Source: Methanomicrobiaceae archaeon
GTDB lineage: Archaea > Halobacteriota > Methanomicrobia > Methanomicrobiales > Methanomicrobiaceae
Direction of reading: 5' to 3'
NCBI GenBank assembly: GCA_016926855.1
Contig: JAFGNT010000016.1
Coordinates: forward strand, 14,153-78,152
Length of the DNA stretch: 64,000 nt
Shown here: piece after piece, positions 44,589-53,706 of the stretch
Layout of the letters: the number at the start of each line of letters is the position of its first letter
Position numbering within the stretch: position 1 is the stretch's first letter
Translations under genes and position numbers: made by a program
Notes under the pieces: generated by a model
Databases searched by the model: none
What the model saw: only the letters and a program-made list of their open reading frames with translations
Told to the model about the DNA's origin: nothing

Positions 44589-46135
44589 GATTTTACCTCC
44601 CTGATGAAAACGACTTTTCCTTCCCCCAGGACCTGCAGCTTCTCCGGTTCCAGCACCGTGCCGATGATGTTCGTGCCTTCAAACGGTTCGCTGGTCGGCC
44701 CGAATTCCCGGTTTGCCGTCGTGCGCACACCCACGATACCGGTGCCCTTCCGGGAATCATTGGTCATGGCAAGGGCATTCGCCGGAATTTCCCCCGATGG
44801 CAGATTTTCAAGGATGATCTTCGTGCCCGTGGCCATATCCGGCTTAAAGAGATACACGTCCTCAAACGTATAGAGAATCGGGAGCATGCCGACGTTGTGC
44901 AGTTTGAGCCCGCTGACTGTCCGGAAGATATTGCAGGTCGCGGGTGCGTTCTCGTCGTCAAGCCGGATGGCAATAACATCGGTAAGAGGCACTGTCATCA
45001 GGCGTGCGGAACCGGCTGCGAGCACTTCAAGCGTGGTGGCGGGGTCCTGCCCGACGACGACCCGCTCTCCCGACGTCTCGTCAACGGACAGCGTTATCCC
45101 ACGCTCCGCTGCACGCGCTTCCGCGTCGTTCAGCGCCATTCCGAGGAATTCCAGCCGGGGAGGCTCCGACCTGATGCAGAGCTGCTCTCCTTCCCCGGCG
45201 AACCTGACAAGCTCGATGCCGTGTGCGACACGCCCGACGACGGTGTGCGCGGCACTGCCGGGCGTGTCGGTGGTAGAGATATAGACGCATCCCCGGCAGG
45301 CGCCGCGGGTGCGAACGGTAACCGTGCCCTCCAGGCGCGACGCCCGCTTCTGAAACGGCGTATCAGTTCCGCCCAGCCGGTCGTCACGGACATGCGTGCT
45401 CGCGGATCTCCCGATATGGAACCGTCCGTCTTCAAGAGCGAGGAGAAGATGCTCAACACTCTCCGCCACCGTCGTGTCCGTCCCGGAGGGTGAAATCCCC
45501 TCGGCAATCACACGGACATGGCTGATGACCTGCATCCCGTCCTCAAGGGGCAACGAGCGGTCGGTCGTCGAAATTGCCCGGCTCCGGTCCTCGCGGCTCA
45601 GGATCCGCTCGACGCACTTTATCCGGTCCCCGGCGGACCACCGCGCCAGCACGCTCTTCCCGCTTACGACCCTGCCGATAACACCTCCGCCCGGAGCGGC
45701 GCCGTGGTCGGCGTTGTGCCTCATCCGGGAGAAAATAAAATACGAACGCCGTGGGTCATATCCGCCGCAGCCGAGAATAACGTCACCCTCTGCGTACCGC
45801 TCCGGCACCCTCGCCGGCCGGATATCCGAGGGAAACGGGCCGAACGATACCGAGTACCGGTCGGCCCAGCCGAGCGGGAGCCCGAAGCTCTCATCCGCGC
45901 TATCGCAGGCGGGGAGGGTAACGAGCGCACCGGACTCTTCGGCACCGGTTCCCGGGAGTTCTATCACCACCTCTCCGGCAGTCGTGGATACCCGGAGCGA
46001 ACGGGTTTCAGCCGCTGCCTCCTCTCCGGGACGGATAACGACGACCGAACATGCAGTGTCGAGGTCGGAAACGATCTCCTGCAGGGTCGTCCCCTCCGGC
46101 ATCTCCAACCTCGTCCCATCGAGGCGGATGATCAA
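44585..46135 (-). CDS. methanogenesis marker protein 3
   Basis: 516 aa. The size and cluster position fit, and its stop overlaps the mmp6 ATG. Confidence 0.7.
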   Translation of the reverse strand: MIIRLDGTRLEMPEGTTLQEIVSDLDTACSVVVIRPGEEAAAETRSLRVSTTAGEVVIELPGTGAEESGALVTLPACDSADESFGLPLGWADRYSVSFGPFPSDIRPARVPERYAEGDVILGCGGYDPRRSYFIFSRMRHNADHGAAPGGGVIGRVVSGKSVLARWSAGDRIKCVERILSREDRSRAISTTDRSLPLEDGMQVISHVRVIAEGISPSGTDTTVAESVEHLLLALEDGRFHIGRSASTHVRDDRLGGTDTPFQKRASRLEGTVTVRTRGACRGCVYISTTDTPGSAAHTVVGRVAHGIELVRFAGEGEQLCIRSEPPRLEFLGMALNDAEARAAERGITLSVDETSGERVVVGQDPATTLEVLAAGSARLMTVPLTDVIAIRLDDENAPATCNIFRTVSGLKLHNVGMLPILYTFEDVYLFKPDMATGTKIILENLPSGEIPANALAMTNDSRKGTGIVGVRTTANREFGPTSEPFEGTNIIGTVLEPEKLQVLGEGKVVFIREVKS

Positions 46136-46150
46136 AACGCCTTCACCTCG

Positions 46151-47776
46151 CTACTCCGCCGCTTTCGCCATTATCTGGCGCTCCTCGGCGGAAAGAAGTG
46201 ACAATACCTCTTCGGTCGGTCCGATTTTTATGATTTTGCCCCCGCGCATGAGAGCGAGACGGTCACAGATATCCTTGACAAATTCCATATCGTGGGAGAC
46301 CACGATGAACGTCTCGTCCATCTCCTCACGGGCATGCATGATGGAGTGTTTTACATCGATCTTCGTGATGGGGTCCATGGTACCGGTCGGTTCGTCAAGC
46401 AGGATGAAACGCGGCTCCCGGATCAGCACCTGCGCAAGCGCCACCCGGTGCTTCTCCCCCTCGGAAAGCTGGGAGGGGTACCTATCGAGCACCGCCCCGC
46501 TCTTGTCTTCCGCGAATCCGGCCATTCGAAGCGTAATCCGGGCCTTCCGAATTGCAAGCTCCTTCGGGAATTCGAGCCCGATTGCGTCGGTAAGATTGTC
46601 AAGCACCGTGCGATGCGGGTAGAGATCGTATTCCTGGTGCAGGAGACCGATATACCCTTTCGCCCTTCCGCGGTTATTGATGCCGGGTTTGGTCATGTCG
46701 ACCCACTCTTCACCGATGCGGATGTTCATCTCGCCGCTCGTGGGTTCGATGATGCCCGCGATAATACGCGACAGTGTGGTTTTCCCTGCGCCCGACGTGC
46801 CGATGATGCCGAAAATTTCCCGCTCGGCTACCTCGAAGGAAACGCCGTTCACGGCCTTGACGACACCACGATCGACAGAGATAAACCGTTTCGTCACGTC
46901 CCGGGCGATCAGGACTTTCTCCCCGAGTTCCGCTGACTCGAATGTCTCCGTATCGTCGGCCTTCTCCATGAATGTCCGGATGATCTCGGCGGGGCTTCCG
47001 ATTTTCACGATGTTCCCTTCGTCGAGCAGGATGGCACGGTCACAGATATCTTCGACAACCTGTGAAAAGTGCGATGTGACGAGCATGCCCATCCGCTTCG
47101 ATTCCGCCGCGGCATTCAGCATTTCATGCACAATCGTGGCGGTTCTCGGATCAAGGGTCCCCGTGGGCTCGTCCGCACACAACAGGAACGGTTCCTTGGC
47201 AAGTTGCCGGGCAAGGACAACGCGTTGCTTTTCGCCTCCCGACAGGTCGCGGGCGATATGCATCATCCGGTGGGACAGGCGCACTTCGTCGAGAAGATCC
47301 GCCGCCCGGTTTACCGCATTCTGGTTTGGATAGCCGATATCATCCAGAGCATGCAGCACGTTTTCGATAACCCGGTCATCGCCATAGAGTGCGAAGGTGC
47401 GCTGAAACATGATTGCAGTCCGGCGCATAATCCGGCGTTTGAGTTTCTCGTTCTCTTCCGACCACAAATCGACATCAGTTGCCGTGAGCACTCCGCCGCA
47501 TTTCGGGCAGGCGGACCCTGCTGTGCTCGGGACATCCAGATATGAGCACCCGTCACAGATCGCCACATGATAACGGACAACACCGCTTGTCGGGGGCTGA
47601 TCCACACCGCGGATAAGGTGCATCAGGACGGTTTTCCCGGCACCGCTTCTCCCGATGATGCCGAGTATCTCACCCTCCTCCATCTGAAAAGAAACGTTGT
47701 TGAGAACTCTGTTGCCGTTAAATTCCATGCAAAGGTTTTCAACCGTGAGTAAAGGAGCCATGCATTTCCTCTTCAC
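46151..47776 (-). CDS. atwA: methyl-coenzyme M reductase system component A2 (double ABC ATPase)
   Basis: 541 aa with two ABC cassettes (GRSGAGKT, LSGGEKQR; GTSGAGKTT, LSEGEKHR) and a Cys-rich insert in cassette 1. An alternative start at 47761 is possible. Confidence 0.85.
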   Translation of the reverse strand: MKRKCMAPLLTVENLCMEFNGNRVLNNVSFQMEEGEILGIIGRSGAGKTVLMHLIRGVDQPPTSGVVRYHVAICDGCSYLDVPSTAGSACPKCGGVLTATDVDLWSEENEKLKRRIMRRTAIMFQRTFALYGDDRVIENVLHALDDIGYPNQNAVNRAADLLDEVRLSHRMMHIARDLSGGEKQRVVLARQLAKEPFLLCADEPTGTLDPRTATIVHEMLNAAAESKRMGMLVTSHFSQVVEDICDRAILLDEGNIVKIGSPAEIIRTFMEKADDTETFESAELGEKVLIARDVTKRFISVDRGVVKAVNGVSFEVAEREIFGIIGTSGAGKTTLSRIIAGIIEPTSGEMNIRIGEEWVDMTKPGINNRGRAKGYIGLLHQEYDLYPHRTVLDNLTDAIGLEFPKELAIRKARITLRMAGFAEDKSGAVLDRYPSQLSEGEKHRVALAQVLIREPRFILLDEPTGTMDPITKIDVKHSIMHAREEMDETFIVVSHDMEFVKDICDRLALMRGGKIIKIGPTEEVLSLLSAEERQIMAKAAE

Positions 47777-47804
47777 TGTATTGTTGTGGTCGTATCATAT
47801 TATT

Positions 47805-47812
47805 CTTTATAT
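47805..47812 (-). promoter_or_regulatory. candidate TATA box for atwA operon
   Basis: The minus strand reads ATATAAAG about 30-45 nt upstream of the atwA start candidates. It overlaps the stop of the upstream HAD gene. Confidence 0.35.
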
Positions 47813-48643
47813 CGGTACATCGGGTGCCCGGCTGTTATTTTCCAGCGATGCGACAATATCCGCGACCTCCGTCACTTTCGTGATCACATGGTCGGCGGCA
47901 TCATAGAGCGGGGCGGGTTTTTTGCGCGACTGCTCTTCCGAGAGAATGGCGATATCGGCGGTGTGCATCGCGGTGAGATCGTTGATCCCGTCCCCGACCA
48001 TCACGACCAGATCGTACTGCGTCTTGAGATCCTCGACAACCTGCGCCTTGATCGCCGGGGTCGCGACGCCATGGACGTTGTCGTGCGGAATCCCGAGATA
48101 GTCCGCTATCCGCACGAGTTTGTCGGTGCGGTCGCCGGAGGCGATATAGGTCGCCACTCCCATCTCCTGCAGCCTCCGGACGGTGGATCTCGCACCGGGA
48201 AACGGGCGCCCTCCCGAGGTGATGGCAAACTCGATTCCGCCGAGGGTGAGGTTGATCATGACACCACTTGCCATGGCGACAACGGCTTCCTTCCGGCAGC
48301 TCTTCCAGACCATCCGGATGCACTCCTGCAGGTCGCTGATGTGCGCCCTCCGATCCCCGGAGAGTGCCGCCCACACCTGATCCGCGGTAATGACCTGGCA
48401 CGAGCATGCGATGCCGAAATGCGTGTTGTGCTCTCTGATATACGAGGAGAGCAGCATTCCGGGATCGGCATCGATAATATCCCGGGAATGGACGTAGAGC
48501 GTTATAAGAGCACGATCATCACAGGTGTATGTCATCGTCGTCGTCTCGATATCCACCATGATCGAGTCATTGATGATGTCTTTTGCCACACGAAACGTGT
48601 GGAGAAGGGTGCCTGCACTGTCAAACACTACTGCAACCGACAT
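47807..48643 (-). CDS. HAD-superfamily hydrolase (soluble P-type ATPase-like)
   Basis: Trimmed to the ATG at 48643. MSVAVVFDSAGTL is HAD motif I (DxxGT), and ...VMVGDGINDLTAM is motif IV. Confidence 0.75.
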   Translation of the reverse strand: MSVAVVFDSAGTLLHTFRVAKDIINDSIMVDIETTTMTYTCDDRALITLYVHSRDIIDADPGMLLSSYIREHNTHFGIACSCQVITADQVWAALSGDRRAHISDLQECIRMVWKSCRKEAVVAMASGVMINLTLGGIEFAITSGGRPFPGARSTVRRLQEMGVATYIASGDRTDKLVRIADYLGIPHDNVHGVATPAIKAQVVEDLKTQYDLVVMVGDGINDLTAMHTADIAILSEEQSRKKPAPLYDAADHVITKVTEVADIVASLENNSRAPDVPI

Positions 48644-48699
48644 GGTCTCTCCCTGCCTGTAATTGCTATATACCACTGCCACCTTATCATTGGATCGCA

Positions 48700-49641
48700 A
48701 TGACGCTTGCCGATACTGCTGAAAAAATCGCCGGTATGGAAATTCGCGGTGCAGGGCGGATTGCCCGGGCCGGAGCGCTGGCACTAAAAGACCATGCCGC
48801 CACCGTGCATACGAAAAAACGTGACGCCTTTGTCGCCGAGATGCAGCGGGCGGCGAACATCCTGCTGGCCACGCGGCCGACCGCGGTTTCGCTCCCGAAC
48901 GCAGTTCACTTCGTGTTAAAAGACGTGGCCGGGGCTGCCACGGTTGGGGAAGCACGCGATCTCATCTCCCGGCAGGCTGACACCTTCGTCGCCAACTCAG
49001 AAGCGGCGCTCGATCGCATCGCCGCGTTCGGTTCACGCCACATCAGGGACGGAGACACTCTTTTGACGCACTGCAACTCGGAGGCGGCTCTCGCCTGCAT
49101 CCTTGCGGCACACGAGGCGGGCAAGGAGATCGAGGTCTTCGCAACGGAAGTCAGGCCCCGGAACCAGGGTCTCCTGACAATTAAAACCCTCAACGGTGCC
49201 GGCATCACAACGCAGTACATCGTGGATTCTGCCGCCCGCTTCTTCATGAACTCCATCGATCTCGTGATCGTGGGAGCAGACGCCATCACGACGAACGGCG
49301 CTGTCGTGAATAAGATCGGCACGGCACAGATTGCCCTTGCCGCCCACGAGGCACGGACGAATGTAATGGTCGCCGCCGAGACGTACAAGTTCGCACCCAG
49401 GACACTCCTCGGGGAACTGATTACGATCGAGGAGCGCGACACCGCCGAGGTGCTCGGCGATGATATAACAAGATCACTCCCCCATGTTCGGGTGCGAAAT
49501 CCCGCCTTTGATGTCACTCCGCCTGCGTACATCGATCTGATCGTCACCGAAAAGGGTGCGATTCCGCCCGGCCTTGCATACAGCGTGATCCGGGAATACC
49601 TTGGCTGGTCGATTGAGGAGTTCCACAAAGCATTTGAGTAA
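48700..49641 (+). CDS. ribose-1,5-bisphosphate isomerase (eIF-2B alpha/beta/delta family)
   Basis: Trimmed to the ATG at 48700. It closely resembles, as I recall it, the Thermococcus R15P isomerase (MEIRGAGRIAR...TRPTAVSLPNA...THCNS...VVNKIGT...AAETYKF). It lies next to RuBisCO. Confidence 0.8.
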   Translation: MTLADTAEKIAGMEIRGAGRIARAGALALKDHAATVHTKKRDAFVAEMQRAANILLATRPTAVSLPNAVHFVLKDVAGAATVGEARDLISRQADTFVANSEAALDRIAAFGSRHIRDGDTLLTHCNSEAALACILAAHEAGKEIEVFATEVRPRNQGLLTIKTLNGAGITTQYIVDSAARFFMNSIDLVIVGADAITTNGAVVNKIGTAQIALAAHEARTNVMVAAETYKFAPRTLLGELITIEERDTAEVLGDDITRSLPHVRVRNPAFDVTPPAYIDLIVTEKGAIPPGLAYSVIREYLGWSIEEFHKAFE

Positions 49642-49669
49642 CACAGGGCAACAAAAGGACTGAAGTGCT

Positions 49670-50869
49670 ATGCCAGATGTGATTGCCACTTACTTCTTCA
49701 TTCCCGATGCACAGACGACACCGGATGAGGCGGCGAAGGCCATTTGCGAAGAGGAAACAACGGGGACATGGACGGAGATCACGACCCGCCTCTCTTATGT
49801 GCAGCGGCTCGACGGCACGGTGGAATCCGTCGAACCCTCGGGAGAGGGGTATATCACGCGGATTCACTTTCCGGCAGAGATATTCGAGGCCGGCAATATC
49901 CCCCAGTATCTCTCTGTCGTTGCCGGCAACCTGTTCGGCCTCGGGAGGCTCCAGGCGGTCAGGCTGCTCGATGTCGAGTTTCCCGACGTACTTGTCCCGT
50001 TTCGGGGGCCGAAATTCGGGATCCAGGGGGTACGCCGTCTTATCGGAACGAAACGGCGCCCGCACGTCGGGACGATCATCAAGCCGAAGGTCGGGCTTAC
50101 ACCGGAGGACACGGCACGGGTGGCGTATCAGGCGGCAATCGGCGGTGTTGACTTTATCAAGGACGATGAGACCCTTACGAACCAGCCGTTCTGCCCGATT
50201 GCAGAGCGGGTGCCTGCCGTCATGAAAGCGCTCGACGAGGCGCGAAGCGAGACGGGCCGGCAGGTGCTGTATGCGGTCAATGTCTCCGCCCGTGCCGATG
50301 AGATTGCCGGGCGCGCCCTCGAAGCAATCGAACTCGGGGCGAACGCCGTCATGGTGGATGTGATTACGGCAGGATTTTCCGCACTTCAGGCACTCGCTGA
50401 AGAACCCGCGATCAAGGTCCCGATTCATGTACACCGCACCATGCATGCGGCAATGACGAGAAATCCGCATCACGGCATCGCCATGCGCCCGATTGCCCGC
50501 CTCGTCAGGATGCTCGGCGGCGACCAGCTTCATACCGGCACGGTCGGGGGTAAGATGGGGCACGACACGGAGGCGCTTCTCGAGGACAACCGTGCGCTCA
50601 CATGCGCATGTTTCGGGATGAAACCCTCGTTTCCCGTTGCCAGCGGAGGGCTTCACCCCGGCAAGGTGTACGGCGAGCTGCATGCACTCGGCACCGATAT
50701 CGTACTCCAGGCGGGAGGCGGCATCCACGGGCACCCTGACGGCACGGCAGCCGGTGCACGGGCGATGCGGCAGGCCGTCGATAGTTATATGGCCGGAGTA
50801 CATGCGGAGGAGTATGCCCGCGACCATTACGAACTGGAGCGCGCCCTCACACTCTGGGGTACCGGGTAG
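49670..50869 (+). CDS. rbcL: ribulose bisphosphate carboxylase, archaeal type III large subunit
   Basis: 399 aa, ...GTWTE...IKPKVGL...GGVDFIKDDE...HVHRTMHA...GGGIHGHP. Confidence 0.9.
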   Translation: MPDVIATYFFIPDAQTTPDEAAKAICEEETTGTWTEITTRLSYVQRLDGTVESVEPSGEGYITRIHFPAEIFEAGNIPQYLSVVAGNLFGLGRLQAVRLLDVEFPDVLVPFRGPKFGIQGVRRLIGTKRRPHVGTIIKPKVGLTPEDTARVAYQAAIGGVDFIKDDETLTNQPFCPIAERVPAVMKALDEARSETGRQVLYAVNVSARADEIAGRALEAIELGANAVMVDVITAGFSALQALAEEPAIKVPIHVHRTMHAAMTRNPHHGIAMRPIARLVRMLGGDQLHTGTVGGKMGHDTEALLEDNRALTCACFGMKPSFPVASGGLHPGKVYGELHALGTDIVLQAGGGIHGHPDGTAAGARAMRQAVDSYMAGVHAEEYARDHYELERALTLWGTG

Positions 50870-50967
50870 CCGGGTGCGTCTGTCCGGAACATCACGCCAC
50901 AATGGTTTTTGCATCATAAAAAGAACAGGTTAGTCAACCACGAAATGAACAAGGAGAACGGGGAGAG

Positions 50968-51810
50968 ATGGAGATACCTTTTGTAAAAATGCATGGCAAC
51001 GGAAACGATTTCGTACTTATCGACGAATACGGGGGGGGTGTCATCCCCGATGAGATGAAACCCGCGTTCGCACGTCTGTACAGTGAGAGGCGGTTCGGGA
51101 TCGGTGCGGACGGCGTCCTGTTCCTGTCCCGGTCAGACACCAGCGATATAAAAATGCGCCTTTTTCAGCCTGACGAGAGCGAAGCGGAGATGTGCGGGAA
51201 CGGCATCCGCTGCCTCGTCAAATACGCGTTCGATGCGGGATATGTCGAGGAGCGGTGCACCGTCGAGACTCGTGCGGGAGAGATTCCGGTCACCCTCGGG
51301 TACCGGGAGGATATATTCCAGGCCTCGATAACCATGCCCACACCGGCGTTCGGGCGGGAGGATATCCCCGCCACCGGCAAAGGCGAATACTACGAGCAGA
51401 TCAGCGGGTACGATGTGTATGCGGTGAACACGGGCGTGCCCCATGCGGTCATCTTCGTCGAAGAGCTTGCCGACGTGGACATCAGGAAAGTAGCACCGGT
51501 CATCCGCAATCACCCGACGTTCCCGGAAGGAGCGAATGTGAACTTCGTCGAAGTCGTCAACGAAAACGAGATCCGTATCCGCACGTTTGAACGCGGCATC
51601 GAAGGGGAGACGTATTCCTGCGGCACCGGCGCCACCGCGTCCGCGGCTGTCGCCCATCACCTCGGGTATGCGGGAGAACCCGATAAAAAATATGTGGGCA
51701 CAAAAGTGCTTGTCGCCACACAGGGCGGACTCCTCACCATATACTTAAACGAGGAGACGCTCATGGAGGGGCCGGCAGCAACGGTCTTTGAGGGATCTAT
51801 ACTCTTTTAA
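50968..51810 (+). CDS. dapF: diaminopimelate epimerase
   Basis: 280 aa, FVKMHGNGNDFVLIDE...EMCGNGIRC...ETYSCGTGATA. Both catalytic Cys are present. Confidence 0.9.
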   Translation: MEIPFVKMHGNGNDFVLIDEYGGGVIPDEMKPAFARLYSERRFGIGADGVLFLSRSDTSDIKMRLFQPDESEAEMCGNGIRCLVKYAFDAGYVEERCTVETRAGEIPVTLGYREDIFQASITMPTPAFGREDIPATGKGEYYEQISGYDVYAVNTGVPHAVIFVEELADVDIRKVAPVIRNHPTFPEGANVNFVEVVNENEIRIRTFERGIEGETYSCGTGATASAAVAHHLGYAGEPDKKYVGTKVLVATQGGLLTIYLNEETLMEGPAATVFEGSILF

Positions 51811-52465
51811 TTCCCTTTTCCACGATTTCAAAGATAAATGAACGGTTCTCAGGGAGGGAGCGGTGTTTTTCGAGCACTGCCTCGCGGGTGCCGTCACGTT
51901 TGCTGACCCGCACGATTGCCTTTGATATGTGGTGCAGCCCCGTTCCCCCGAGGCCCCGGAGCGTGTCGGTCTCCACATCCATATAGACCTGGTTTGTGAG
52001 GAGGACCGGAAAACCGAACCGCTTTGCATACCCGAGCAGCCTGATTACCTGGTTTCCGAGCCGGCGCTGGGCATCGCCGCCGGCCCCCCCTTCGGTGCGA
52101 TAGAGGGCGGTGACCGAATCCACCACAATCAGCCCCACGTCCCGGATTTTTGAAATCACCTCGCATTCACCGATCATTATCGCCTGCTGCTCGAAATCGA
52201 CCGGCTCGAAAATGAGGAGATGTTCGGCAAGCTCCTCTGTCGCATCGCCTGCGATCTGGCGGAACCGGTCGGCGGAAAAACCCTCTGTGTCGATATAGAG
52301 CACTGACTTTCCGGTTGCAAGGACCGACACGGCGCACATGAGGCAGAGAGTGCTCTTTCCGCTTCCCGCCTCACCGTAGATCTGGGAGATCGTCCGCCGT
52401 TCCAGCCCTCCCCCGAGGAGATCGTCGAGATCGGGCGATCCGGTGGGTACCCGCCCCTTTTCCAT
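51797..52465 (-). CDS. radB: DNA repair and recombination protein RadB
   Basis: Trimmed to the ATG at 52465 (1 nt after the larC stop). The sequence reads MEKGRVPTGSPDLDDLLGGGLERRTISQIYGEAGSGKST. Its short ~220-aa RecA core is typical of RadB. Confidence 0.8.
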   Translation of the reverse strand: MEKGRVPTGSPDLDDLLGGGLERRTISQIYGEAGSGKSTLCLMCAVSVLATGKSVLYIDTEGFSADRFRQIAGDATEELAEHLLIFEPVDFEQQAIMIGECEVISKIRDVGLIVVDSVTALYRTEGGAGGDAQRRLGNQVIRLLGYAKRFGFPVLLTNQVYMDVETDTLRGLGGTGLHHISKAIVRVSKRDGTREAVLEKHRSLPENRSFIFEIVEKGIKRV

Positions 52466-52466
52466 A

Positions 52467-53654
52467 TCAGGCCCTCCGCCGCGCAAGAAGTTCCCACCCG
52501 GCCGCTTCGGCACGCCGGGATGCATCCCGGAGCGTCGTACCCGTCTCACGGGCAATGGCCTTCACCTGTTCGTATTCGGGCTTGAGGGAAACGGGGCGCT
52601 CCCCGTCCCACCCGACCTTTACAGACACGTCATAGTCCCGGTCGCCGAACCGAACCGTCACCGTCTCCACCGTACGGGGAATGACGAGCCGGTGAACCGA
52701 GGAGAGGCACCGCACACCGAGCGTCCCGAGTTCTGCGGCAAGCAGAGTGGCAAGAGCACGGGAATCGGCGGGAGGGCAGATGACCCGGACGAGATAGCCG
52801 GGGCGGCCTTTCTTCATCACAACCGGGATCGCCGACACGTCCCGGGCGCCGGCCTCCATCAGCCGCTCGATCGTACAGGCCACCACCTCTCCGGTCACGT
52901 CGTCCACATTCGTTTCAAGCACCGCGACGGTATCGTCGCGTGCAGTGCCCGTCCCGGCGTCGAGCAACGATACCCGCAAAACGTTCGGCATCGATTCGGG
53001 ATTCCGTGTGCCGGCGCCGTACCCTGTCGAACGGATACGTGATGTGCCGATGGCATCCGGATCACACGATGAGAACTCGGAGAGGAGCGCCGCACCGGTC
53101 GGCGTGCAGAGTTCATGCCCGGTGTCCGAGAAGGTCACGGGTATTTTCCCCTCCCGGAGAATGGCGAGTGTTGCCGGTCCGGGAGCGGGATACGTACCGT
53201 GAGCACCCCTGATGAGTCCCCTGCCAAGGCGGACCGGCAGCACCGCAACGCCATCAACACCGAGAGATTCGAGTGCGGTGCAGGCACCGATGACGTCGGC
53301 AATCGCATCGTCCGCACCGACTTCGTGAAAATGCGCCTGCTCGCCATGCACGGAGGATTCTGCACGCCACATCCGCTCAAATACCCTTTCAGACATTTTT
53401 CGGACGCTGTCGGGCAGCCCGGCTCCGGAAAGCCGCTCAATAACCTCGCCAAACGTCCGCGATGTGGCACGGGCATGTGTTTTCACGTGCAGGGCAGAGA
53501 TGCCGCACCGGTCCACGCGCTCCAGAGACGGTTCTTCAACGACCGTTGCCATCGCCGCCGTGACCCGCTCCACATCAGCCCCGGCATCGAGGAGTGCACC
53601 CAGAATCATGTCTCCCGCAGCCCCGCTGAACGGATCGAAGAGCAGAATTTGCAT
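52467..53654 (-). CDS. larC: LarC-family nickel insertion protein (DUF111)
   Basis: Trimmed to the ATG at 53654. The sequence reads MQILLFDPFSGAAGDMILGALLDAG...FHEVGADDAIADV. Confidence 0.85.
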   Translation of the reverse strand: MQILLFDPFSGAAGDMILGALLDAGADVERVTAAMATVVEEPSLERVDRCGISALHVKTHARATSRTFGEVIERLSGAGLPDSVRKMSERVFERMWRAESSVHGEQAHFHEVGADDAIADVIGACTALESLGVDGVAVLPVRLGRGLIRGAHGTYPAPGPATLAILREGKIPVTFSDTGHELCTPTGAALLSEFSSCDPDAIGTSRIRSTGYGAGTRNPESMPNVLRVSLLDAGTGTARDDTVAVLETNVDDVTGEVVACTIERLMEAGARDVSAIPVVMKKGRPGYLVRVICPPADSRALATLLAAELGTLGVRCLSSVHRLVIPRTVETVTVRFGDRDYDVSVKVGWDGERPVSLKPEYEQVKAIARETGTTLRDASRRAEAAGWELLARRRA

Positions 53655-53706
53655 CGTACCAGTACTTATAAACCATGGCATATATGAAATGTAGGTGATT
53701 CGTGAT

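Noticed and set aside
49544-50917. 457-aa ORF on the minus strand
   Set aside because: It is entirely antisense to the well-supported RuBisCO gene. Its Arg/Pro/Gly-rich composition is typical of spurious frames in high-GC DNA.
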